Shown: in pieces, positions 1-7,717 of the stretch
Layout: each line of letters starts with the position of its first letter
How positions within the stretch are numbered: the first letter of the stretch is position 1
NCBI GenBank assembly: GCA_964453605.1
Contig: CAYVOI010000001.1
Location: forward strand, 484,095-548,094
Source: an uncultured Gammaproteobacteria bacterium
Lineage (GTDB): Bacteria; Patescibacteriota; Patescibacteriia; Veblenbacterales; UBA10138
Length of the DNA: 64,000 nt
Direction of reading: 5' to 3'
Translations under genes and position numbers: made by a program
Notes under the pieces: generated by a model
Told to the model about the DNA's origin: nothing
What the model saw: the letters and a program-made list of their open reading frames with translations, nothing else
The model's database searches: none

Positions 1-372
1 TACCGCCCTTGTGATGTAGTTCGCCTTGATATACTGGTGGCGGACGAGCCGGTGGAAGCGCTGGCCAGCATTGTTTACCACGACGAAGCCTACCGCCGCG
101 GCCGGGCGCTCGTGGCAAAGCTTAAAGACATTCTCCCGCGGCAAATGTTCGAGGTAAAAATTCAGGCAGCACTGGGAGGCAAGATAGTGGCAGCCGAACG
201 GCTACCGGCTATGCGTAAGGACGTGCTGAAGCGCGCTTCGTCCGGCGGGGACGTAACCCGCAAGCGCAAGCTCCTGGAGAAACAGAAAGCCGGTAAGAAA
301 CGCATGCAGCTCGAGGGTAGGGTGGCTATTCCCCCCGAAGCTTACCTCAAGCTTGTCAGCCGGCAGGAGTAG
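1..372 (+). CDS. lepA: Elongation factor 4 (LepA), C-terminal fragment; gene begins upstream of the window
   Basis: Reading frame is open from nt 1. Translation ...[20 protein letters not shown]...[35 protein letters not shown] matches the conserved LepA C-terminal region. Confidence 0.8.
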   Translation, partial: YRPCDVVRLDILVADEPVEALASIVYHDEAYRRGRALVAKLKDILPRQMFEVKIQAALGGKIVAAERLPAMRKDVLKRASSGGDVTRKRKLLEKQKAGKKRMQLEGRVAIPPEAYLKLVSRQE

Positions 373-531
373 TGCCGTAGCTCTAGTAGAAGGCTGGGCC
401 CACCAGCAGCAGCACCATGGTAACAGCGACAATGATGGTGAGCACCAACCAGACCTTGTGTTGCCAAGAACGTTTCGACATACAATACTACTAGTGTACT
501 GCTTTAGCTATCGTTTTCAAGCATACTCGCT

Positions 532-915
532 ATGCCTAGCTCAGGAAAATTTTGGGAGCTTATAACTTCACGCCTGTTTTTGGTAGTCGCCGGGTTGGCA
601 CTCATAGGTATTGGCATTGGGGTAACCAAGAGCGTACTGCGGCGGCTGGAGGTTGAACATGAGATTTCGGCACTCAGGGGGGACATCCAGACGCTCGAGA
701 GTAAGAACGCAGAGCTGGGGCGGCTCATTAACTATTTCCAAACCCCCGAGTTTAAAGAGCGTTCCGACCGCTTAGAGCGGGGCTTACAAAAACCCGGCGA
801 GCAGGTGGTGGTGATACCGGGTTTGGGGCAGGGAGCAGGGGCGGCGGCACCGGAAGCTCAAGGCCAAAATGTGCCTAACTGGCGCAGGTGGGTGAGCTAC
901 TTTTTTGCCCAATAG
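532..915 (+). CDS. Septum formation initiator, FtsB/DivIC-like: N-terminal TM helix plus coiled coil
   Basis: 127 aa with one N-terminal TM segment (LFLVVAGLALIGIGIGV), then a heptad-like coiled coil (LRRLEVEHEISALRGDIQTLESKNAELGRLINYFQTPEF). This is typical FtsB/DivIC architecture. Confidence 0.5.
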   Translation: MPSSGKFWELITSRLFLVVAGLALIGIGIGVTKSVLRRLEVEHEISALRGDIQTLESKNAELGRLINYFQTPEFKERSDRLERGLQKPGEQVVVIPGLGQGAGAAAPEAQGQNVPNWRRWVSYFFAQ

Positions 916-969
916 CTAACACAACTACAGCCTTGCCCTAGCCTAGGCGGTGGGTAGTTACTAATAAAC

Positions 970-1013
970 TGGAGCCGAAGGTGGGGATCGAACCCCGCAG
1001 TATGTGCTTCGCG
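970..1013 (-). pseudogene. tRNA-like 3' half (T-arm GGGGTTCGATCCCC plus acceptor 3' strand plus CCA) with no matching 5' half; probable tRNA remnant
   Basis: The reverse complement reads GCGCGAAGCACATACTGCGGGGTTCGATCCCCACCTTCGGCTCCA. It has a T-stem/loop and a 3' CCA. No D-arm or anticodon arm could be folded from the adjacent sequence. Confidence 0.3.
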
Positions 1014-1057
1014 CAACTACGGAGCAGGCCCACGACCGGAGTTTGCCCCGCACCTTA

Positions 1058-1133
1058 TGGAGCCGGTGGTCGGGATTGAACCGACGACCTGCGCGTTACG
1101 AATGCGCTGCTCTACCAACTGAGCTACACCGGC
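1058..1133 (-). tRNA. tRNA-Thr (anticodon CGT)
   Basis: The reverse complement GCCGGTGTAGCTCAGTTGGTAGAGCAGCGCATTCGTAACGCGCAGGTCGTCGGTTCAATCCCGACCACCGGCTCCA folds as a cloverleaf. The anticodon loop is TTCGTAA and CCA is encoded. It is near-identical to canonical bacterial tRNA-Thr(CGU). Confidence 0.85.
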
Positions 1134-1233
1134 ATCGTAAGGTGCGGGGCGAGCGAATGCGTTGCTCCCTGCCCCGTATGTGAACGAGTCTAAGCAAGTT
1201 CTACTGCGGGGTACCAACTGGGCTACCTGCATA

Positions 1234-1307
1234 TGGAGCGGGATACCGGAATCGAACCGGCGCCCTTAGCTTGGGAAGCTAATGTACTGCCACTATACTA
1301 ATCCCGC
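1234..1307 (-). tRNA. tRNA-Gly (anticodon CCC)
   Basis: The reverse complement is GCGGGATTAGTATAGTGGCAGTACATTAGCTTCCCAAGCTAAGGGCGCCGGTTCGATTCCGGTATCCCGCTCCA. The acceptor stem is GCGGGAT/ATCCCGC, the anticodon loop is TTCCCAA, and CCA is encoded. Confidence 0.85.
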
Positions 1308-1475
1308 CTATCCTAAGCAAATGAGCGTTGCTTGCATATTTACCCCGTACGAGTCCAGAACAATGGGACTTCGTGCGGGGCTACCATTGTACTACTCTCG
1401 CCTGCCGCTACAGTAGAAGTAGTATAGCCGTGCGCCACGCTACAATCAAGCTTGCCGGGCAGAGCGGGGGTAAAG

Positions 1476-1486
1476 TATGGTATACT
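1476..1486 (+). promoter_or_regulatory. Extended -10 promoter element (TGgTATACT) for ftsEX; ATG only about 10 nt downstream, giving a near-leaderless transcript
   Basis: TGGTATACT lies at 1478-1486 and the ftsE ATG at 1497. There is no SD sequence. The same TGnTATACT/TATAAT arrangement recurs before several genes in the window. Confidence 0.4.
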
Positions 1487-1496
1487 ACCTTGTGCT

Positions 1497-2183
1497 ATGC
1501 CGTTAATACAGTTCCGTAATATATCGAAGTTTTACGCTGGTGGGATTGTGGCACTGAAAGACATCAACCTGGCTATTGATGAAGGCGAGTTCGTTTCTAT
1601 TGTAGGCCAGAGCGGTACCGGTAAGACGACGTTGGTTAAACTACTCATAGCAGAGGAGCCGGTTTCGGAGGGACGTATTGTGGTTGGTGGCTGGGACATA
1701 AGCCACATTCGCCGGCGCGAGGTACCTTTGCTCCGCAAGCAAATTGGTGTGGTCTTTCAGGACTTCAAGCTGCTACCTCGGAAAACCGTAGGGGAGAACA
1801 TCAGCTTTGCCCTAGAGGTTTCAGAGGTCGAGCCTAAGCGCATAAGCTCCATTGTGCCGCAGCTCTTGAAGATTGTGGGGCTGGAGGCTAAGGCCGACCG
1901 GTTCCCGCGGGAGCTCTCCGGCGGCGAGCAGCAACGGGTAGTTATAGCGCGCGCCCTGGCGCACCGGCCGAAGATACTCGTGGCTGACGAGCCCACCGGG
2001 AACCTAGACTCCATCAACGCCCATGAGATTGTGGACCTCCTCAAGCAAATTAATGGTTTTGGCACCACGGTTATGCTGGTAACCCACAACCGTGAAATTG
2101 TGAACGACCTCAAACGTCGTGTGATTGTGCTTGATAAGGGCCGCGTGGTGTCTGACCAGCCGCGGGGTCGCTACCTGCTCTAG
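1497..2183 (+). CDS. ftsE: Cell division ATP-binding protein FtsE (ABC ATPase)
   Basis: Walker A GQSGTGKTT, ABC signature LSGGEQQRV, Walker B ILVADEPTGNLD. About 228 aa from MPLIQFRNISKFY. The track ORF starts at 1452, but 1497 fits FtsE length and the promoter position. ftsX follows directly. Confidence 0.9.
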   Translation: MPLIQFRNISKFYAGGIVALKDINLAIDEGEFVSIVGQSGTGKTTLVKLLIAEEPVSEGRIVVGGWDISHIRRREVPLLRKQIGVVFQDFKLLPRKTVGENISFALEVSEVEPKRISSIVPQLLKIVGLEAKADRFPRELSGGEQQRVVIARALAHRPKILVADEPTGNLDSINAHEIVDLLKQINGFGTTVMLVTHNREIVNDLKRRVIVLDKGRVVSDQPRGRYLL

Positions 2184-2186
2184 CCT

Positions 2187-3101
2187 ATGCTGTCTACGCT
2201 CATCCGCGTTTCCACGTTTGCCTTTCAGAACTTCTGGCGTAACATTTGGTTGTCGGTGGTTACGGTTACCATTGTAACCGTGAGCTTATTTTCGGTGTCG
2301 CTCCTCGGGGTGCTGACCTACCTCTCCAACACCGCCCTCACCAACCTGGAACAGAAGATAGATATCGCGGTCTACCTCAAGCCCGAGGTTAAGGACGACC
2401 AGGTGGTAGCGCTCAAGGGGAAAATCGAAAAGCTCGACGGCGTTCTCAGTTTAGAGGTGGTTACCCCAGCACAGGCGCTGGAGCGGTTTAAGGCTAAACA
2501 CCAGGACGACCCCTTGATTGCCGAGTCTATTTTGGAGCTGGGGAGCAATCCCTTGGGAACTACTTTTATCATCAAGGCTACCTCAGAGGCCGGCTACAGC
2601 AGCATTCTCAGGCAGTTACAGAGCAAAGACTTCACCCCCTACATCCAAGAAGCCAGGTTCGACGACTACCAGCGCGTCATTGACAGCATAACGGCGCTGA
2701 CTGCCAAGGTGAAGCACCTAGGCTTTGCTATTAGCTTACTCTTTTTGCTCGTGACGCTGCTGGTGGTGTTTAACACCATTCGCATTAACATTTACACTCA
2801 CCGCGAGGAAATAGGCATCATGCGGCTGGTGGGAGCCACCAGCTGGTTCATCCGCGGGCCGTTCTGGGCCGAGAGCGTGCTCTACGCGCTGGTGGCTACC
2901 TTAGTGACGGCCGTGCTCTTTTTCCCACTGCTTCAGCTCAGTGAGCCGTACGTTAACGCCTTCTTCAGTGGGTTTAATTTAGATTTAGTAGGCTACTTTA
3001 CCGCTAACTCGGTACTCTTCTTTGGTGCGCAGTTTTTGGGGGTGGCCTTGCTCAACATACTAGCCTCAACCGTAGCCATGCGGCGGTACTTAAAAGTGTA
3101 G
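2187..3101 (+). CDS. ftsX: Cell division permease-like protein FtsX
   Basis: 304 aa. N-terminal TM, a roughly 100-aa extracytoplasmic domain and three C-terminal TM helices. It lies immediately downstream of ftsE with a 3-nt gap. Confidence 0.85.
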   Translation: MLSTLIRVSTFAFQNFWRNIWLSVVTVTIVTVSLFSVSLLGVLTYLSNTALTNLEQKIDIAVYLKPEVKDDQVVALKGKIEKLDGVLSLEVVTPAQALERFKAKHQDDPLIAESILELGSNPLGTTFIIKATSEAGYSSILRQLQSKDFTPYIQEARFDDYQRVIDSITALTAKVKHLGFAISLLFLLVTLLVVFNTIRINIYTHREEIGIMRLVGATSWFIRGPFWAESVLYALVATLVTAVLFFPLLQLSEPYVNAFFSGFNLDLVGYFTANSVLFFGAQFLGVALLNILASTVAMRRYLKV

Positions 3102-3347
3102 GTATGGAGAACGAATCAAGCTTTTCACCACGATCCGATAATTTACTTAAATCACTCGGCTTTGATTACTAGGGCTTGAGTGATGATGAGCGCCTGATGC
3201 AGTTATACCTCAAGGAAGAATATGCAAAACGTAACTTGTCTATGTTGGACGAAATAAAAAAGTGGCGCGAACAAAACCCCAAAGCCAGTTATGGTGAGGC
3301 GATACGTGTGTTGTATGAACAGCTAGAGAAGGATTGAACGACTATAT

Positions 3348-3701
3348 ATGGATTTCCTACATAAAAAGTGCGTGCCGTGCGAGGGTGGGGTAGACCCGCT
3401 GGCTCGCGCTAAGGCCGAGGAGTACCTGGTGGTAGTGCCCGAGTGGCGCTTAAGTGCCGACGCTAAACACATTTCCCGTGAGTTGAAGTTCAAAGACTTT
3501 GTAAGTGCGGTGGCATTCATCAACGAGCTGGCTAAGCTGGCGGAGTCCGAAGGGCACCACCCTGACATTCACCTTACGGGTTGGAACAACGTGCGCGTGG
3601 AGTTGTGGACGCACGCTATTGGTGGGCTTTCCGAGAACGACTTTATAGTGGCTGCTAAGGCGAACCAAATTCTGTCGGCCCAGCCTGAGCTGCTCACTTG
3701 A
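3348..3701 (+). CDS. Pterin-4a-carbinolamine dehydratase (PCD/DCoH family)
   Basis: 117 aa. The motif EGHHPD and flanking FKDFVSAVAFINELAKLAESEGHHPDIHLTGWNNVRVELWTHAIGGLSENDFIVAAK closely match PhhB/PCD proteins. Confidence 0.8.
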   Translation: MDFLHKKCVPCEGGVDPLARAKAEEYLVVVPEWRLSADAKHISRELKFKDFVSAVAFINELAKLAESEGHHPDIHLTGWNNVRVELWTHAIGGLSENDFIVAAKANQILSAQPELLT

Positions 3702-3739
3702 CCTGAGGGCACCTGCACGCTATCATCCCACGCCAGCAG

Positions 3740-3852
3740 TGGGGGATCGTCTTATGGCCCCAGCACCAAGCCCCGGCTCTGGTGCTGGGTAATATAGTAC
3801 AGGGGCTGGTGCCTGTCCCGCATAGAGCTGGGGGGTCGTCTAACGGTAGTCG
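3740..3852 (+). pseudogene. Two tandem tRNA-Gln 5'-fragment-like repeats (3740-3758 and 3829-3852), separated by strong hairpins
   Basis: TGGGGGATCGTCTTATGG and GCTGGGGGGTCGTCTAACGGTAG match the first 17-21 nt (acceptor 5' strand plus D-arm) of the intact tRNA-Gln(TTG) at 4173. This includes the upstream GCTG context. No T-arm is present. Between them is a perfect 10-bp hairpin CCCAGCACCA...TGGTGCTGGG. Confidence 0.35.
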
Positions 3853-3894
3853 CCTCATCGGCGACCCGCCGGTAAGGCGGGGACATTCAACAAT

Positions 3895-4158
3895 ATGTTT
3901 TACACTTACGTGATTGAGAGCACAAGGAATAAACGCAGGTATGTTGGCACAACCGAAGATTTACGGCAGCGTCTAGCTGAGCATAATAGTGGATTGGGTG
4001 GAAAATATACTAGAGATAATAGACCATTTCGTTTGATATACTATGAAGCCTATACTTCTAAGAAAGATGCTGCTACCGCTGAAAAATTTTACAAGACGGG
4101 TTACGGCAGGGAAGTCTTAAAGGGGAAACTGACTAATTACCTGGAACACAGTGAGTAA
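3895..4158 (+). CDS. GIY-YIG nuclease family protein (YhbQ/UPF0213-like, 87 aa), AT-rich
   Basis: The N-terminus YTYVIES...RRYVGTTEDLRQRLAEHNSG is the GIY-YIG motif. Its size and layout resemble stand-alone YhbQ-type nucleases. GC is clearly lower than neighbouring genes. It sits between tRNA fragments and tRNA-Gln. Confidence 0.7.
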   Translation: MFYTYVIESTRNKRRYVGTTEDLRQRLAEHNSGLGGKYTRDNRPFRLIYYEAYTSKKDAATAEKFYKTGYGREVLKGKLTNYLEHSE

Positions 4159-4172
4159 CTTGCGCCCACGGC

Positions 4173-4243
4173 TGGGGGATCGTCTAATGGTAGGACTCAG
4201 GCCTTTGGAGCCTGCTATGATGGTTCGAATCCATCTCCCCCAG
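4173..4243 (+). tRNA. tRNA-Gln (anticodon TTG)
   Basis: Sequence TGGGGGATCGTCTAATGGTAGGACTCAGGCCTTTGGAGCCTGCTATGATGGTTCGAATCCATCTCCCCCAG. Anticodon stem CAGGC/GCCTG, loop CTTTGGA, T-arm GATGG-TTCGAAT-CCATC. CCA is not encoded. Confidence 0.85.
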
Positions 4244-4362
4244 CCTTGTGCGGAGAGCCGTGACGGGTATAAAGCTAATTGACCCACACGGCTATAAAAC
4301 GTATTTTGATTGGGGCAAGACGGGTGATAGAATAATGAGCAGAGCACTAGAACTTAAGGCTA

Positions 4363-5013
4363 ATGTTTGAAGTATTAAAAACAGTCTATTTTGTACGGCA
4401 CGGGCAGAGCGTGGACAACACCGCTCCCGTGTATCAATCATACGAGTCGCCCCTGTCTGAGCTGGGGCGCAAACAAGCCGCCTACATTGCTGAGCGCGTG
4501 GCTAAGCTGTCGTTTGACAGCCTCATTTCAAGCCCTATGCAGCGGGCAAAAGAGACTGCTGAGACTATCGCTAAAGTTACCAGCCGGGTACCGGAGTATT
4601 CAGAGTTCTTGGTAGAGCGGATAAAGCCTTCGTACCTGTACGGTAGGCCCCTCAGCGACGAGGTGGCACGGGGACTTTGGAAAGAGTGGAACCAAACTCT
4701 TTACACCCCGGGCAAACGAGTTGGAGACGGGGAAAACTACGACGACATACTAGCCAGAGCAAACCAAGCTCTTCAGTTTTTACAGGCTCGGCCGGAAAGG
4801 TCACTAGTTGTGGTGACTCATGGGTTCTTTCTGCGAACAATAGTAGCGCAGGTATTATTAGGGGATCTTCTGTCAGGAGAAGTATTTAAGCGGTTTCAAA
4901 GCTCGGCGCCTATTGAAAACACAGGCTTGACCGTGCTACGGTACCAAATTGGTGGTGAAGGACTAGCGCGCTGGTACCTGTGGGTTTATAATGACCATGC
5001 TCACCTTGGTTAA
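4363..5013 (+). CDS. Histidine phosphatase superfamily protein (phosphoglycerate mutase-like)
   Basis: The N-terminal catalytic motif VYFVRHGQSVDN (RHG) and a later ...VVVTHGFFLR histidine are typical of branch-1 histidine phosphatases (GpmB/CobC-like). Confidence 0.7.
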   Translation: MFEVLKTVYFVRHGQSVDNTAPVYQSYESPLSELGRKQAAYIAERVAKLSFDSLISSPMQRAKETAETIAKVTSRVPEYSEFLVERIKPSYLYGRPLSDEVARGLWKEWNQTLYTPGKRVGDGENYDDILARANQALQFLQARPERSLVVVTHGFFLRTIVAQVLLGDLLSGEVFKRFQSSAPIENTGLTVLRYQIGGEGLARWYLWVYNDHAHLG

Positions 5014-5040
5014 TCAAACCTTACCCTTAACACTTATAGT

Positions 5041-5331
5041 ATGATAATCGTTCACGACATCTTTGTGTGTAAGCCAGGCAATGCTTCCAAACTCGCTAAG
5101 CTGTTTAAAGAGGCAATGGCCAGCGAGAAGAACGTCAGCGTGATGACCGACGTTACAGGCCAATACAACCGTGTGGTTATGGCCAGCTGGTTTAATACCC
5201 TAGAGGAGTGGAACAAGATGATGGAGAGCTACATGAACCCGAGCGCGGAGATGAAAGCTTCCATGGAGAAAATGAAAGGTTACACCGACATGTACCTCAC
5301 GGGGAGTAGGGAAATCTACCGAACCTGGTAG
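5041..5331 (+). CDS. Hypothetical small protein (96 aa)
   Basis: Intact ORF with coding-like composition. No motif I can name. Confidence 0.45.
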   Translation: MIIVHDIFVCKPGNASKLAKLFKEAMASEKNVSVMTDVTGQYNRVVMASWFNTLEEWNKMMESYMNPSAEMKASMEKMKGYTDMYLTGSREIYRTW

Positions 5332-5347
5332 TTCGCCTGCCTTTCAC

Positions 5348-5386
5348 AGCCCTAGTCAATACATTGACTAGGGCTTGTTTTTTTAG
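5348..5386 (+). terminator. Rho-independent terminator
   Basis: GCCCTAGTCAAT-aca-ATTGACTAGGGC forms a perfect 12-bp stem and is followed by TTGTTTTTTT. Confidence 0.6.
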
Positions 5387-5401
5387 TACTCTGGACGTAC
5401 T

Positions 5402-6409
5402 ATGTTCGTCAAAAAAATCGGTATAGACCTAGGGACCACCTACTCGCTCGTGCACGTGCCGGGGCGGGGGATTGTGATTAATGAGCCGTCGGTGGTGGCG
5501 GTCGCGAGCGGCGACCGGAGTGTGCTGGCAGTAGGGGAGGAGGCTAAAGAAATGTTAGGGAGGACCCCTGACACCATTGTGGCCCTACGGCCCCTGAAAG
5601 ACGGTGTGATTGCTGACTACCGTACTACCGAGGCCATGCTTAGGTACTTTATAAATAAAGCACTTGGCGGCATTCGTTTTTTTAAGCCCGAGGTTATGAT
5701 AGCCGTGCCCGCTGGCATTACCTCCACCGAGCGCCGGGCAGTTATCGATGCCACCATCGCGGCTGGCGCCAAAGCTGCTTACATTATTAAAGAGCCTATT
5801 GCAGCGGCTATTGGGGCCAACATCCCCATTGGTTCAGCCTCAGGCCACATGATTGTAGACATGGGCGGTGGCACCAGTGAAGTCGCGGTTATTAGCTTAG
5901 GGGGCATTGTGGCCAACACGTCCGTTAGAATCGGTGGCAATAAGCTCGACGCTGCCATTATGGACTTCATCCGCAAAAAGTACGGCCTGGCCATTGGGGA
6001 GCAAACCGCGGAGGAGGTCAAAAAGTCTATTGGCTCGGCTATGTACATGGAAGACAAGCTCGCCATGGACGTTAGGGGCCGTGATATGGTCTCGGGTTTG
6101 CCGCGCACCGTAACCGTGACCTCTGATGATATAACCGAGGCTATTCAGAACGAACTGGAGGGGATAATCCATGCGGTCAAGAGTGTTTTGCAGGTTACTC
6201 CACCCGAGCTGTCGGCTGATGTTATAGACAAGGGTATGGTTCTGTCCGGTGGTACGTCGCTGCTGCGGAACATTGACAAGCTCTTTGCCCAGGCCACGGG
6301 CGTGAGTGCCTACCTGGCAGACGACGCTATGCTCTGTGTGGCCAGGGGCACCGGCATCGCCCTGGACAACCTCGAGTCCTACAAGCGGAGTATTTTGTCG
6401 GCGCGGTAG
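5402..6409 (+). CDS. mreB: Actin-like rod-shape protein, MreB paralog (the second mreB is at 43535)
   Basis: 335 aa. IGIDLGTTYSLV, VINEPSVVAV, DMGGGTSEVAVISLGG and LSGGTSLL are actin/MreB phosphate and adenosine motifs. Confidence 0.85.
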   Translation: MFVKKIGIDLGTTYSLVHVPGRGIVINEPSVVAVASGDRSVLAVGEEAKEMLGRTPDTIVALRPLKDGVIADYRTTEAMLRYFINKALGGIRFFKPEVMIAVPAGITSTERRAVIDATIAAGAKAAYIIKEPIAAAIGANIPIGSASGHMIVDMGGGTSEVAVISLGGIVANTSVRIGGNKLDAAIMDFIRKKYGLAIGEQTAEEVKKSIGSAMYMEDKLAMDVRGRDMVSGLPRTVTVTSDDITEAIQNELEGIIHAVKSVLQVTPPELSADVIDKGMVLSGGTSLLRNIDKLFAQATGVSAYLADDAMLCVARGTGIALDNLESYKRSILSAR

Positions 6410-6412
6410 CCT

Positions 6413-7717
6413 ATGGCAGCAGGTGGTGAGGCGGTGGCACTGGCGTTCTGGGGTTCACTCGTGGTGTGGGGGCTGTGGGCCTACACCCGGCGCGCCTGGG
6501 CTGTTTTTCTGCTCCTGGCGTTACTCCCTACCTACCTGTGGCGGGGCGAGGTGTTCGGCATTCCGACAACCTGGTTTGAGCTGGCGCTCTACCTGGCGGC
6601 GGCCTCATACCTACTACACGGTGATGTCGAGCGCTACGCACTAGGCCGCGTACCTTTTCGAGCTCTGGTAGGCCCCCTGCTGTGGCTGGGGGCGGCGACT
6701 TTAGCTTTGCTGGTGGCCCCCGACACCCGCCTGGCCTTAGGTGTGTTTAAGGGCTGGGTAGTTGACCCATTGCTTTTTTGCTACCTGCTCTGGTTGGCCT
6801 ACCAGCGCATAGCTGAACCAACCCGTTACCTACGCTTGGTAGTTGGCTTTCTGTTCATGGGGGCTACTGCCACGAGCGCTTCTGCGCTGGTGGCAGGCTT
6901 TATGAGCGGTTTAAGTCGTTTTGGTGCTTGGTACGACTCACCAAATGTGTTGGCCATGTACCTAGTTCCTAGTGTAGCGGCTGCTGGGCTCTGGCTTTAT
7001 CCCCAAGCTAGAGGGGCTACGCTAACGACGTACCAGCTGTACCTGTGGTGTGCTGGTGTGCTCATAGTGCTGGCAGGTGTGGTAGCTACAGGCTCCTATG
7101 GCGCGTGGCTGGCGGTGGTGGCAGCGGTAGGAGTGGGCTGGTTGTATACTAAACCAAAATGGCAGGCGGTAGCTCGCTCGGCTGCTGCGCTCGCAGTACT
7201 GGTCGGGCTGCTGCTACCGTGGGTTATGACAGCCTATGGCCGCTGGGTGTTCCCTGGCCACCGTAACCAAACGTATAGTCTAACTTCAGGCCAAGTTCGG
7301 CTGGTACTCTGGCGCGAAGCTACGCGGCTCGTGACCCAGCACCCGGTCCTAGGTATTGGCTTAGGCCAGTGGCAACCGGTGTTTACCTCCCACATTCAGC
7401 CCTACCTGCCGGAAGCCCGCCAGCCTGGCTACTCGATTGAGCTCTACTACGCGAGCCTCTTTCCGCATAACCTGTGGCTCACCACGTGGTTAAGCCTTGG
7501 TCTCCTGGGGCTTGCGGGGTTACTCTGTACTGCCTGGTACGTTTACCGAGCCCCCCCGCCAACCTTACCGACGGTAGTAGCTGTAGCGCTATTTACTGCT
7601 ATACTAGTACAGGGTTGGTTTGATACGCCAGTGTTTAAGAACGATCTCGCCGTGCTCTTCTGGCTGCCGCCACTCCTCGTAGCTTGCCAGAGCATTACAT
7701 CTTATGCTGAACTATGA
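6413..7717 (+). CDS. Polytopic membrane protein, O-antigen ligase/polymerase-like (Wzy_C-type)
   Basis: 434 aa with about 10 TM segments. A central loop with SRFGAWYDSPNVLAMYL resembles the O-antigen ligase domain. This is a tentative assignment. Confidence 0.5.
   Translation: MAAGGEAVALAFWGSLVVWGLWAYTRRAWAVFLLLALLPTYLWRGEVFGIPTTWFELALYLAAASYLLHGDVERYALGRVPFRALVGPLLWLGAATLALLVAPDTRLALGVFKGWVVDPLLFCYLLWLAYQRIAEPTRYLRLVVGFLFMGATATSASALVAGFMSGLSRFGAWYDSPNVLAMYLVPSVAAAGLWLYPQARGATLTTYQLYLWCAGVLIVLAGVVATGSYGAWLAVVAAVGVGWLYTKPKWQAVARSAAALAVLVGLLLPWVMTAYGRWVFPGHRNQTYSLTSGQVRLVLWREATRLVTQHPVLGIGLGQWQPVFTSHIQPYLPEARQPGYSIELYYASLFPHNLWLTTWLSLGLLGLAGLLCTAWYVYRAPPPTLPTVVAVALFTAILVQGWFDTPVFKNDLAVLFWLPPLLVACQSITSYAEL

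Noticed and set aside
1017-1232. 71-aa minus-strand ORF spanning the tRNA-Thr/tRNA-Gly region
   Set aside because: It overlaps two tRNA genes and their spacer. The translation is tRNA-derived low-complexity sequence with no RBS or promoter.
3740-3895. Possibility that 3740-3895 is a single intron-containing tRNA
   Set aside because: Both fragments lack any T-arm (no GTTCRAnYC), and the intervening sequence forms independent perfect hairpins rather than an anticodon arm. They are treated as tRNA 5' remnants. This is flagged for covariance-model confirmation.
5779-6172. Antisense and alternative-frame ORFs inside mreB (5779-6108 minus, 5897-6172 minus, 5907-6113 plus)
   Set aside because: They lie entirely within a strongly supported conserved gene. 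Such ORFs are typical high-GC spurious frames. The same reasoning applies to the many other nested ORFs in the track.
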